Source: an uncultured Verrucomicrobiae bacterium
Lineage (GTDB): Bacteria; Verrucomicrobiota; Verrucomicrobiia; Limisphaerales; Palsa-1400
Direction: 5' to 3'
Length of the DNA stretch: 64,000 nucleotides
Assembly (NCBI GenBank): GCA_963764165.1
Contig: CAVXRD010000001.1
Location: 1,056,001-1,120,000, forward strand
Positions 39,587 to 48,590 of this stretch are shown here, one piece after another. Numbering within the stretch: position 1 is the stretch's first letter; each line of letters starts with the position of its first letter. The notes under the pieces were generated by a model. It ran no database searches, was not told the origin of the DNA, and worked only from the letters and a program-made list of their open reading frames with translations. The position numbers and the translations under genes were made by a program.

Positions 39587-40993
39587 ATGAGTCTCATCTT
39601 TTATGATACTGAGACAACGGGAACTGAAACCTTTTTTGATCAAATTTTACAGTTTGCCGCGGTACGAACCGACGCCGATTTCAATGAACTCGATCGCATC
39701 GACATTCGATGTCGGCTTTTGCCTCATGTAGTGCCTGCGCCGGGCGCAATTACGGTAAACAAACTTAAAGTTTCGCAGCTAATCGACCCTTCTTTCCCAT
39801 CACATTACGAAATGGTTCGTGCCGTTCGCGCGAAATTACTCTCGTGGTCACCTGCGTTGTTTGTGGGCTGGAATTCCATAAAATTCGATGAAGCGCTGGT
39901 TCGCCAAGCGCTCTATAAAACATTGCACAATCCCTATTTGACAAATGCAGGTGGAAACACTCGCTCCGATGTGATGCGTATCGTTCAGGCCTGTAGCATT
40001 TATGCACCTGATGCCCTTGCATTTCCGAAGGACAGTAACGGGCAACTGCAGTTTAAGCTGGAAACGGTTGCGGCTGCGAACGGTTTTTCGATTAAAAATG
40101 CTCACGATGCGATGGGGGATGTGGAGGCAACCATCTATCTGTCCAAACTGCTGGCAGAAAGGGCCGCCCGGATTTGGTCGTGCTTTATGCGGTTCAGTAC
40201 AAAAGCAGCGGTGGTTGATTACATAAGCAACGAGCGAATATTTTGTTTAAGCGACGTTTACTTTGGGAGACCGTATTCGTACTTGGTTACAACAATTGGT
40301 CAGAACCAGGCTAACACTGCCGAATGGTATGTTTATAATTTAGAGGTTAATCCCGAATCCTTGATGTCGCTTTCGAAACAGCAGTTAATGGTTCGCCTCG
40401 ACCAGTCAAAAAAGCCAATCCGTAAACTGAAATCAAATGCGGCTCCAATGCTGTTTTCATCCGACGAAGCCCCGGAAACCTGCGCTGGAATTGAACACGG
40501 TCCGGACGAACTGGAACGTCGCTGCGTATTTCTGGAAAGCAACACTAAACTGCGTGATCGGATCGTGGCCGCCTTTGAAGCAATTCAAAAAACATATGCG
40601 CCATCAAACCACGTTGAAAAACAAATATATGACGGATTCCCGCAAGAGGCTGACGAAAAACTGATGACGGAATTTCACGACGTTCCGTGGGCGCAACGAA
40701 CTGAAATCGTGGAAAGATTCTTGGATTCGCGCCTGAGGAAGATTGGAAGGCATCTGATCCACACTGAACGACCTGACCTTTTGGAAAAACACATTCGTCG
40801 GGATCACGATTTGGCGACCGCAAAAAGATTACTTGGACACGGCGAAGAAATTGCTTGGGTGACCTTGCCGGAAGCTCTTAACGAAATCGAACAATTGGTA
40901 AAGAGTGCCAAAGGAGCGGCGTCAATATTCTTTCAGGAACATGAGCAATATCTAAGGAAGCGGCATGAACAAGCCCTCATTCATGTAAAATAG
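39587..40993 (+). CDS. Exonuclease I (SbcB)-like 3'-5' ssDNA exonuclease
   Basis: FYDTETTG, GWNSIKFDE, FKLE...ANG, AHDAMGDV, EKQIYDGF. Confidence 0.88.
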   Translation: MSLIFYDTETTGTETFFDQILQFAAVRTDADFNELDRIDIRCRLLPHVVPAPGAITVNKLKVSQLIDPSFPSHYEMVRAVRAKLLSWSPALFVGWNSIKFDEALVRQALYKTLHNPYLTNAGGNTRSDVMRIVQACSIYAPDALAFPKDSNGQLQFKLETVAAANGFSIKNAHDAMGDVEATIYLSKLLAERAARIWSCFMRFSTKAAVVDYISNERIFCLSDVYFGRPYSYLVTTIGQNQANTAEWYVYNLEVNPESLMSLSKQQLMVRLDQSKKPIRKLKSNAAPMLFSSDEAPETCAGIEHGPDELERRCVFLESNTKLRDRIVAAFEAIQKTYAPSNHVEKQIYDGFPQEADEKLMTEFHDVPWAQRTEIVERFLDSRLRKIGRHLIHTERPDLLEKHIRRDHDLATAKRLLGHGEEIAWVTLPEALNEIEQLVKSAKGAASIFFQEHEQYLRKRHEQALIHVK

Positions 40994-41077
40994 GCGGATT
41001 TTTCATCCAATTCTTCCTACAAAAATCACTTTTCAAGATCAAGGTCAGTCGGGTGCTTGTCCGGTGCCTTGGCCCAT

Positions 41078-41449
41078 TCAGTCAAATAATGAAGCCTGCG
41101 GCGACCGTTTCCTGTCCAGAAGGCTTTCTGGCGTCACATCCACTTCATAAAGCCCAAGCTGCCCTTTCACGGGAAACGGTTCAATGGCTCTTATATTTTG
41201 AAGCACCCATGCGAAAGCGTTGGGGTAAATAGAACACTGGGCCGCAACCTCGTCCGCCTTTGTCATCACCCGGCAATCAACAAGGTTTGCAACTGCAACA
41301 GCACATCCGGCAGGCTCAATGTTTGGGACCTTGGAAGATACCAAGAGAACCTGGCCCCGGTATAGCGTCGCCCATTCCCGCGTTTCAATAGTTTTTTTGC
41401 CTGATGCAATCAGGTTGGCCCATGGCTGTTTTATGGAAATTGCCTTCAT
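41078..41449 (-). CDS. ASCH domain protein
   Basis: SIKQPWANLIASGKKTIETR and PVKGQLGLY. Confidence 0.92.
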   Translation of the reverse strand: MKAISIKQPWANLIASGKKTIETREWATLYRGQVLLVSSKVPNIEPAGCAVAVANLVDCRVMTKADEVAAQCSIYPNAFAWVLQNIRAIEPFPVKGQLGLYEVDVTPESLLDRKRSPQASLFD

Positions 41450-41459
41450 CGGTTACGAC

Positions 41460-42836
41460 TTAAATTCCCAGCAGTCGCTTTGACTCGGCGGAAGCCATGA
41501 CGCCAAGATTTTTCAAAAAATCATTCGACCAGCGAAGAAGCATGTCTCCCCACGGCGCGTGCGTCGTGATTTTTTTGTCTCCGAATCTTTCGGCAGTGGC
41601 GACCGGAAAAAATCCGTGCGAGAGCACAATGATTTCCCGACTCAACGGAGAACAGGTTGTAACCTTGCGGGCGAATGAAACTAGAGCGCGAAAATCCATT
41701 TGTTTCGTTGTGTCAACGGAACCGAGATTTTCAAACAGTTTGAACCCATAATCATTAGCTGAATCAAGCCCCGCCTCTTTCATGGCGATTCGCCGATAGA
41801 TGCACGGGACGCAATAACCACAGTGGCGGACGCCTAAATTTTTATACCTGCTGGGTCTTGCGCAGGAAACGGACCGGCGCATTGCTTGTGCCAGTTTTGG
41901 ATCAAGACTGCGGAGCATGTCTGTTTTGCTTTCAAACAGAAACGGGTTTTTGATGTTTCCTTTGAAGATTCCCGTTGAATGCAAAAAGTCGGCAAGCTCC
42001 ATCAGATATTTTGGATGTGCGGTGCGGGTGCTGAGTGTTCCAAGGCGGTTTTTCCCAAGCGGAGGATTGAGTGCAATCAGTCCGTTCTCTGGTATGTAAA
42101 CCGTGTCGATCTTTGCATCATTGGCCAGTGCTATTGCGAGGCTAAGAAATAAAAGTGAGCGCGGGCGGTGCGTTTCCTCGCATTTGTCAGGAAGGTTATA
42201 GCGGTGATCGGCTGTAAATGCCCGCGCTGCGCGACATTGAATTAGCTTCAACTGCTTTGGGAACATTGTTCTCAGCACCTCCGCAAGTTCAGTCTGCGCC
42301 GAAGCCGCCGTGCCATCGGCCTGATGACCGCACAACAAAAGTTTTTTCCCCTGCGACAGCAACTTGTGTGCGCCGAGGAATGAATCTATTCCCCCGGAGA
42401 ACAGACAGACAGCGTCAAAACCAACGGGCAGATGCAAACGATGGGTTCCGAATCCGTCCAATGCAGGCCGGTCGCACCAGGTAAAACGATATTTGTCACC
42501 GGCCAGTGTTTCGAGCATCTGGCTGAGGGGGGCTTGATTTGCCGTCCACAGCTTGGGATTCTTTACCGGAAACAGAATGTCGAATTCACGGGTCCAGTCA
42601 TCGCCTCTTTCTTCGATCTCATCGACAATGTAAACCAGCGTGGCAAGGTCCAGAAAGTCCCGTGTCAGCGGTTCGTGGGAAATTTCCAATGGATGCGAAT
42701 CCATCTCCAAACGTAGCGTAACATTTGCGCCGCCGGGCACAGAATTGACGATGGTGTAGCCAGAATCCGCTGCCAGGCTTTCGAGGTAAATCGTGGGCAG
42801 CTTGTCTCCTTTGCCTACATAACGCACGGCCTTCAT
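41460..42836 (-). CDS. qatC: QueC-like protein QatC
   Basis: CLFSGGIDS, PENGLIALNPPL, STRTAHP, HCGYCVPCIYRR. Confidence 0.92.
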   Translation of the reverse strand: MKAVRYVGKGDKLPTIYLESLAADSGYTIVNSVPGGANVTLRLEMDSHPLEISHEPLTRDFLDLATLVYIVDEIEERGDDWTREFDILFPVKNPKLWTANQAPLSQMLETLAGDKYRFTWCDRPALDGFGTHRLHLPVGFDAVCLFSGGIDSFLGAHKLLSQGKKLLLCGHQADGTAASAQTELAEVLRTMFPKQLKLIQCRAARAFTADHRYNLPDKCEETHRPRSLLFLSLAIALANDAKIDTVYIPENGLIALNPPLGKNRLGTLSTRTAHPKYLMELADFLHSTGIFKGNIKNPFLFESKTDMLRSLDPKLAQAMRRSVSCARPSRYKNLGVRHCGYCVPCIYRRIAMKEAGLDSANDYGFKLFENLGSVDTTKQMDFRALVSFARKVTTCSPLSREIIVLSHGFFPVATAERFGDKKITTHAPWGDMLLRWSNDFLKNLGVMASAESKRLLGI

Positions 42837-42849
42837 GTCAAATCCCTTG

Positions 42850-43659
42850 TCACAATGCTTTCAGCCTTCCTTCAAGTTCCGACACCAATTCGTTTCCAAG
42901 TTTTATACCGCCTTGTCCGAACCAGTCGGTTTTGTCAAAACGCCCCGATGCTTTGCTTTCCTTGATTAAGGATTCCACATGTGACCGGCAGGATTGTCCG
43001 ACGGCAATTCCCAATCCCTCCGCACCAGCACCTTCGGCCTTAAATTCCGCATGGCTTTGAACGGCATTCCAGACACGGTCAAAGACATAATTTGTCAGGA
43101 AGGACTGCACGAGTCCTTCGACGCCGTTTTGATCGAAAAATGCTTGCAGCGCTGTTTCCAAATCGTTGTATTGACCACCATCTTCAAGGGCAGCCACTTC
43201 AATTAAGGTGTCTTTCAAGGCGTCACACAAAATATCGCGCTGAAGGGGATCATCGTTTTCGGCAAGATGCTCTGCAATTTTGGCGATAACTTCAGCGGCT
43301 GGTTTGCCTTTTAGGTCGCCTAGGCCAAGCGAACCAAGCGCTTCGTCCAATCCGCCATGTTGAAATGCACCACCGAATCCACCCAAGCGAGAGGTTACCC
43401 CTCCAATTGATGCACTTCGTCCGCGACCACCGCCGCCACCGCCGCCACCGCCGCCGCCAGCACCACCACCACCACCGCCACCGCCACCGGATCGTGCAGC
43501 TTGCGAAGGCAATCCCAAACCACCCAGGGCGCGGACGGTTCCGCCGACTATTCCTGCGGGGGTAGCCTTGGCACCACCATTGAGGTTAAGCGTGATTTCC
43601 TTTTTGACCGGCGTCCATTGCCCGCCGCTTGGCGTTGGTTTTCCTTTTGATGTTCCCAT
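42850..43659 (-). CDS. qatB: QatB
   Basis: MGTS N-terminus, poly-Gly linker, GLDEALGSLGL; lies between qatA and qatC. Confidence 0.85.
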   Translation of the reverse strand: MGTSKGKPTPSGGQWTPVKKEITLNLNGGAKATPAGIVGGTVRALGGLGLPSQAARSGGGGGGGGGAGGGGGGGGGGGRGRSASIGGVTSRLGGFGGAFQHGGLDEALGSLGLGDLKGKPAAEVIAKIAEHLAENDDPLQRDILCDALKDTLIEVAALEDGGQYNDLETALQAFFDQNGVEGLVQSFLTNYVFDRVWNAVQSHAEFKAEGAGAEGLGIAVGQSCRSHVESLIKESKASGRFDKTDWFGQGGIKLGNELVSELEGRLKAL

Positions 43660-45449
43660 TATGGGTTGCCTCCCCGGCGCGAGTTTTTACTGGGCCTGCT
43701 GAGCGCATCCGCAATTGTTGAAGCCTTTTTGAACTTGGCCGTGACCGTATCTGGAACATCCGCACCCGCGTCTTTTGCCTTTTGCAAAAGAGTTAGCGCC
43801 GCCAACGCTACAGCGGTTTTACTGCCGTCCAGTTCGCCAACAGGTTTTACCATTGTTTTGAATAGCTCCTTGTGGGTTGCCCCAATTTGAGACAAGCCGC
43901 CTAGAATATTAGCGATGGCAGTTGCGTCCGCTGCCGATGGCAGGTCTACCAAAAGCTGGCGCACAACGGCTGATGCCAAAGCGGGTTCCTGCGCGGCGGC
44001 CCGCTTTGAAGCTGAACGGGACATCAGTGAATCAGTTCCTTCGATGGCGCGGACAAGCTGTTTGGTTTTTTCATCCACTGACACGATGCCAACCGGCTGT
44101 CCATGGCTGAGCGAAGTTTGGGCAAGGAAAAGATAAGGCGTGAGGTTGGTGTTTCCGTCCAGTCGCGGTTCCGCGAGCATGAAACCGCAAAGCCCCGGTT
44201 CTCCCAGGAATGAGTTCAAAGTGGGTGATTGCTCCGTCACCGTTTTGCCATCGCCGGTCTGAACAATCTGAGCGAGCAATTCGCTGGTCCCTGTCGCCGG
44301 GTCGATGGTTTCAGCAAGAATGCTGAAAAATTCGGCCCAAACATATTCCAGCACGGCAAATTTCACCAAGAGTTCAGGCTTAACATTGGGAAGCATGTTG
44401 GCTTCGACCAGTTGTTGGCGCAGCGAAAGAATATTCAGGAAGCGTTTAATCTGGCGCGGGTTGCCCCGCAGTCCCCGCGCAAGCGTGTCAACAAACGGGA
44501 GGACGCCTGTGAGTTCCTTATCAATCGCATCCTGTGTGGTCGAAAGCACCATTCTATTTTCAGAAACCCATTTTGAGAATACCCCGGCAAGGTCGCCTAC
44601 ATGGGAATAAAACCCGGAGCGGGCATCGCTTAATTTTGACCACGCACTTTCGTTCAGGTGCCTGCCGATTATCAGCATTCCGACGTAACAGCCAATATCG
44701 CGCACGTCCTGCGCGGGAATGCTGAACGGTATCTGGACGATCTTTTCCAGATAATCCTTTTGCCGCCTCAAATCATTGCCGACTTTGTAAACCTCGCCGA
44801 CGGCGTGCTGAATCTTTTCCGCGTCCGCGCCGATCACGAAGGTGCAGGCGGGCGTATTCAGGAAAAGTTTAATGGTCTCGAATGTTTCGATGACCTTGGC
44901 GCTCGAACACCGGTCAAGGTCGTCGATGAAAACGACGATCCGGTCAATTCCGACAAGCTTGAGCAATTGTTTGAAATCGCCTTCAAACGATTCCATGGTA
45001 TCGGTCACTTTGTCCGATTCCTCTTTGAAGCAGTTGGCGAATTCCTCGACATTGGGCGTCATGGTGATGGCGCTTTTCATGAGAAATTTGCCAAGCTTCA
45101 AGACGCTCGCGCCTTTTTTCAGTTTGTCGATAAGCTGCTTGGCCTCGCCAGCAAGCGTCACGTCCCTTTGAAGATTGGAGAGGATGGCGTGAATGAGGGC
45201 GCTTTGCGCTTCCTCCCGGCCTTCATACATCCAGGCATTGAACCACAGTGTGCTGCGCTTTTTCTCAGCCTTGGTAGCCTCGATGGTCATCATCATCATC
45301 TGCATCAGGCTCGTTTTCCCGCTGCCCCACGGACCAAATATGCCAAGCGTCAGCGGTGCCAGGTCTTTATGGGTGCAAATGTTGGCAAGCACCGACACAT
45401 AAGTGCTGTAGCCGAGGCAGTCTTGGCGTGTTTCACGGTCTGACCACAT
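43659..45449 (-). CDS. qatA: KAP-family P-loop NTPase QatA
   Basis: MWSDRET, GPWGSGKTS, FIDDLDRC, YLEKIVQIPF, GNPRQIKRFLN. Confidence 0.92.
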   Translation of the reverse strand: MWSDRETRQDCLGYSTYVSVLANICTHKDLAPLTLGIFGPWGSGKTSLMQMMMMTIEATKAEKKRSTLWFNAWMYEGREEAQSALIHAILSNLQRDVTLAGEAKQLIDKLKKGASVLKLGKFLMKSAITMTPNVEEFANCFKEESDKVTDTMESFEGDFKQLLKLVGIDRIVVFIDDLDRCSSAKVIETFETIKLFLNTPACTFVIGADAEKIQHAVGEVYKVGNDLRRQKDYLEKIVQIPFSIPAQDVRDIGCYVGMLIIGRHLNESAWSKLSDARSGFYSHVGDLAGVFSKWVSENRMVLSTTQDAIDKELTGVLPFVDTLARGLRGNPRQIKRFLNILSLRQQLVEANMLPNVKPELLVKFAVLEYVWAEFFSILAETIDPATGTSELLAQIVQTGDGKTVTEQSPTLNSFLGEPGLCGFMLAEPRLDGNTNLTPYLFLAQTSLSHGQPVGIVSVDEKTKQLVRAIEGTDSLMSRSASKRAAAQEPALASAVVRQLLVDLPSAADATAIANILGGLSQIGATHKELFKTMVKPVGELDGSKTAVALAALTLLQKAKDAGADVPDTVTAKFKKASTIADALSRPSKNSRRGGNP

Positions 45450-46277
45450 AATATTTTCCTGAAGATTCGTTCCCCCGTCTCTTGGGCGCGAATGATCGAG
45501 AACTATCGTAGGCTGGGGAGGAAACAGGGCAACCTAAAAGTGCAGGCGGGGACATCCTTGCAGCGCTCTGAAAAAAACAAATAAACCGTTCGGTCTTGAA
45601 TCGGTTGGCATCGGTATCGCCGTGAGTTCGGCGGGAGAGGAAACAAGTTGGAAATGTTGGCTGGTTTTGGCGCGAAACGCCTCGTCATTGTACGGCCCGT
45701 CTGCGCCTGTCAAGGTAGTGCCCCCGTCTCCCGCTGCCTCCACCTTGACAGTGCTCGCCGGGCCTGGGGACTTTGCTCTTAGGATTTCGCGCCGGGAATA
45801 CTGCCAAGAACAGGGAAACCGCATTGGGACGGATGACCCGAACGATGGATTGACCACTCCGACCCGCTCACGAAAGTTGTAATGCCTTCGTTACAACCTG
45901 ATTCCTCATTCTCTGTAATTCTGTGCTCATGGTTAAGGCTATATATCGGGTTGCCGAAGCAGATTGTCCGCATTTGCGGACAAAGTTTTCCCGGCTGTGC
46001 GGTACGGTGCCAACGATGAGAGCAATTGTTCATCGTGCCATGCCTGCCGGAAACATGCGGCAGGATGTTCAGAAGCCTGAACAACTTGATGCCACATCTT
46101 CTGGCAACATAACGACCGTGAGAATGGCTGTCAGGCCGCGAAGTCCGCCAGCAGCGACAACGTATTTTGTGTCCCTGATACACCTGACGGTCCTGTGGTT
46201 GTGCCAAAATAAGACAATGGAAACGATTGTTCATGGTCTGCACGAGCACAAAGCGGCCTGACAAGAAGGTGGTTTGA

Positions 46278-46625
46278 GTGAAAAAGTTGAATTTGACGGG
46301 CAGACTGGTCAACAAGCTCCGCAACGAGCGCGGCTGGACCCAGGATGAATTGGCCGACCGCCTGCAAAAGGCCGGTTGGTTGATCTCGCGCAGCGGCGTT
46401 TCAAAAATCGAGAGCGGTTTTGTTTATGTCCACGATTTTCAAATCCAGGTCTTCGCTTACGTGTTTCGCGTTCCGGCCATCATTTTCGTCCCCACCCTTG
46501 ACATGAGCAAACCGATTGACGAGACCCTTGGCCGCCTCATTTACAACGAGAAGCATGGCCTTGCGTCGAAAACGAACAAGATGTTTCACGCGGCCTTGTT
46601 CGCCGCCAGCGGCAAAGCCGCTTGA
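46278..46625 (+). CDS. XRE-family HTH regulator
   Basis: LRNERGWTQDELADRLQ...SRSGVSKIESG. Confidence 0.85.
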   Translation: MKKLNLTGRLVNKLRNERGWTQDELADRLQKAGWLISRSGVSKIESGFVYVHDFQIQVFAYVFRVPAIIFVPTLDMSKPIDETLGRLIYNEKHGLASKTNKMFHAALFAASGKAA

Positions 46626-46635
46626 AACAGAATTT

Positions 46636-46842
46636 ATGGAAACCGTCGCCAAACCCGAAGAACCATCCGCCATGACTGAACGACTGGCTTATTCCATCGA
46701 GGAAGCCGCAGCCATGCTCGGCGTCCACTATTTCAGCGTTTACAGGCTGATTCAGCGCGGAAAGTTAAAGCCATGCCGCGCCTTGCGCGGCAAGCTGCTG
46801 GTGCCTCGCGCCGAACTGCTCAAACTGTTAAAGTCCGAATGA
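46636..46842 (+). CDS. Excisionase-family HTH protein
   Basis: RLAYSIEEAAAMLGV...VYRLIQRGKL; adjacent to the att site. Confidence 0.85.
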   Translation: METVAKPEEPSAMTERLAYSIEEAAAMLGVHYFSVYRLIQRGKLKPCRALRGKLLVPRAELLKLLKSE

Positions 46843-47074
46843 GGACGCCCGCCTACGACGGCGTGGATAAGGGCATACTTGACAGAAAACTAGCCGGGGC
46901 CGGGACATGAACCGACTGGCCAATGATTTCCAGCGCCGATTCACCCACGGGGTTTCCAACTAGGAGACGCTGCCCACATGCAAAAGCATGGTCGCGGAAT
47001 TTGGGTTTGACTGCGGCACAAGACCTCTTCGATTTCGTTTTGACAGTCGTATTGCGCTTGCGCCATAGAGAAAA

Positions 47075-47098
47075 AGTTGTCACCCGACTTGTCACCCG
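47075..47098 (+). repeat. Tandem TTGTCACCCG repeats (probable integrase arm sites)
   Basis: AGTTGTCACCCG-ACTTGTCACCCG; matches 14478-14502. Confidence 0.75.
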
Positions 47099-47236
47099 AC
47101 TGGAAAAATTCAGTCTTTATGAGTCCAAGTGAGTGCAAGCTGAATCACGGCGCAACAATCTTGTGTAAAGGCACTTGCAACGAAAGCAACCACTTTGAAA
47201 AGATGGCAAAAACTGGCTAAAATCAACCAAACTTGC

Positions 47237-47276
47237 TCCCAAACCAAGTGCTCTAGCCAGGCTGAGCTACGCTCCG
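47237..47276 (-). repeat. att site: displaced 5' half of tRNA-Pro
   Basis: CGGAGCGTAGCTCAGCCTGGCTAGAGCACTTGGTTTGGGA; identical to the tRNA 5' half except one extra C in the D-loop. Confidence 0.95.
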
Positions 47277-47359
47277 TTCTCCAGAACTGCCATCTTCGCA
47301 CATTCCCCGCCCGTTGCAAGCGCTACCACAAGGTTTCTTTGACGACGAGGGGCGAAATA

Positions 47360-47518
47360 ATCTGGAACTCAGGAAATCAGGAACAGAGGCCGGAGGCATT
47401 TTCGGGCGACGGGAGGCAACGTGAATTACAGATATAAATAGCGGGCCCGCCCCCCGAATTCACGGCCGACGTGAACATCAACCCCCAGCCTCTTTTCCAG
47501 ATTTCCTGAGTTCCAGAT
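47360..47518. repeat. REP/MITE-like element with ~24-bp terminal inverted repeats
   Basis: atctggaactcaggaaatcaggaa ... ttccagatttcctgagttccagat. Confidence 0.7.
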
Positions 47519-47587
47519 TCAATTTTTCCCATCGGGACGCGCCCGATTGAGGTTGACACCATCCACTTTGCCTGGCAAAGTAAAACC

Positions 47588-48190
47588 ATGCAGTCGGAAT
47601 GGGCAGCGGAAAATTTGCAGGTGATTCGCACCTTGATGGAGCGCAGCGCGGTTTACCGCCGCGCCCTGGCGCCCGTCATGGGCGCGATCGGCTTGACAGG
47701 TCTCGTGGCGGGCGTGGTTGCCGTCAAGATGAATGTGAACACGGGCGTTGGTTTTGCGGCGTTTTGGATGGCGGTGGCCGTTGTTTGTTTGACTGAGGCG
47801 TTTCTCCTCGTGCGCAGGCAGGCGCTGGCCGACGCCGAATTGTTCTGGTCGCCGCCCACCCGCCGGGTGGCCCAGGCGCTTTTTCCGGCGCTTTTCTGCG
47901 GCACGGCGGCCGGATTGGCCTGCATGTGGTTTCATCCCAATGACGCCTGGCTTCTGCCCTCGGCTTGGATGGCGCTTTACGGCTGCGCGATGCACGCCGC
48001 CGGATATTTCATGCCGCGCGGATTCAAACTTTTTGGCTGGGGATTTATCGTTGCCGGCTGCGCCTGGATGACCGCCGCAACGACGTCCTTGGCCGTGGCA
48101 AGCTGGGCGATGGGCATTTTCTTTGGCGGCGCGCATGCGGCCTACGGGCTTTATCTGCATTTCACCGAATGGCGGGGGAACGGAATGTGA
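47588..48190 (+). CDS. Membrane protein
   Basis: AAENLQVIRTLMERS followed by several hydrophobic helices. Confidence 0.8.
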   Translation: MQSEWAAENLQVIRTLMERSAVYRRALAPVMGAIGLTGLVAGVVAVKMNVNTGVGFAAFWMAVAVVCLTEAFLLVRRQALADAELFWSPPTRRVAQALFPALFCGTAAGLACMWFHPNDAWLLPSAWMALYGCAMHAAGYFMPRGFKLFGWGFIVAGCAWMTAATTSLAVASWAMGIFFGGAHAAYGLYLHFTEWRGNGM

Positions 48191-48516
48191 ACCCAAAACC
48201 GTTTCTCCAGATTGACCGCGTTATCCATGAAAAGGGCCGGCTGCCCATCATGTCCCTGCTGGCCGCCTCGCCGGGAATGTCCTTCACGGATCTCCGCGAC
48301 GCCCTCAATATGACCGACGGCAACCTGAGCATGCACATCAAAACGCTCCAGGAAGCGGGGTTCATCTCCGTCACAAAATCTTTCCAACGGCAACGCCCCC
48401 TGACGACCTGCTCGCTGACTCCCGGAGGCCGCCGCGCTTTTGCGGAATACATTGATTTGTTGGAGCAAATCGTCAAACAAGCGAAAGAAACCCGCCAAAT
48501 CATCGAAAAAAAATGA
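48187..48516 (+). CDS. Winged-HTH (ArsR/MarR-like) transcriptional regulator
   Basis: IDRVIHEKGRL...MTDGNLSMHIKTL...LTPGGRRAF; GTGA overlap. Confidence 0.88.
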   Translation: MNPKPFLQIDRVIHEKGRLPIMSLLAASPGMSFTDLRDALNMTDGNLSMHIKTLQEAGFISVTKSFQRQRPLTTCSLTPGGRRAFAEYIDLLEQIVKQAKETRQIIEKK

Positions 48517-48590
48517 ACGAAATTTCCGTTATGCCTTCTAACTTTGTAATGCAAAGTTTAATTCAGGAAGCTGCCACCAAACGGCGCACT

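Larger units (their letters stand above)
14388..47276. mobile_element. ~32.9 kb integrative mobilizable element / defence island in tRNA-Pro
   Basis: Direct repeat 14388-14426 vs 47237-47276; adjacent tyrosine integrase; MOBF relaxase; excisionase-like HTH genes at both ends; no T4SS genes. Confidence 0.93.

Noticed and set aside
45286..45305. ATG triplet run (MQMMMM) in qatA and poly-Gly tract in qatB as phase-variation switches
   Set aside because: Triplet repeats preserve the frame; Gly-rich linkers are normal in QatB
47237..47276. Second tRNA gene
   Set aside because: Only the 5' half is present; no T-arm or acceptor 3' strand; it is the att duplicate
14526..47276. Prophage or self-transmissible ICE
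   Set aside because: No capsid, terminase or tail genes, and no mating-pair or coupling-protein genes
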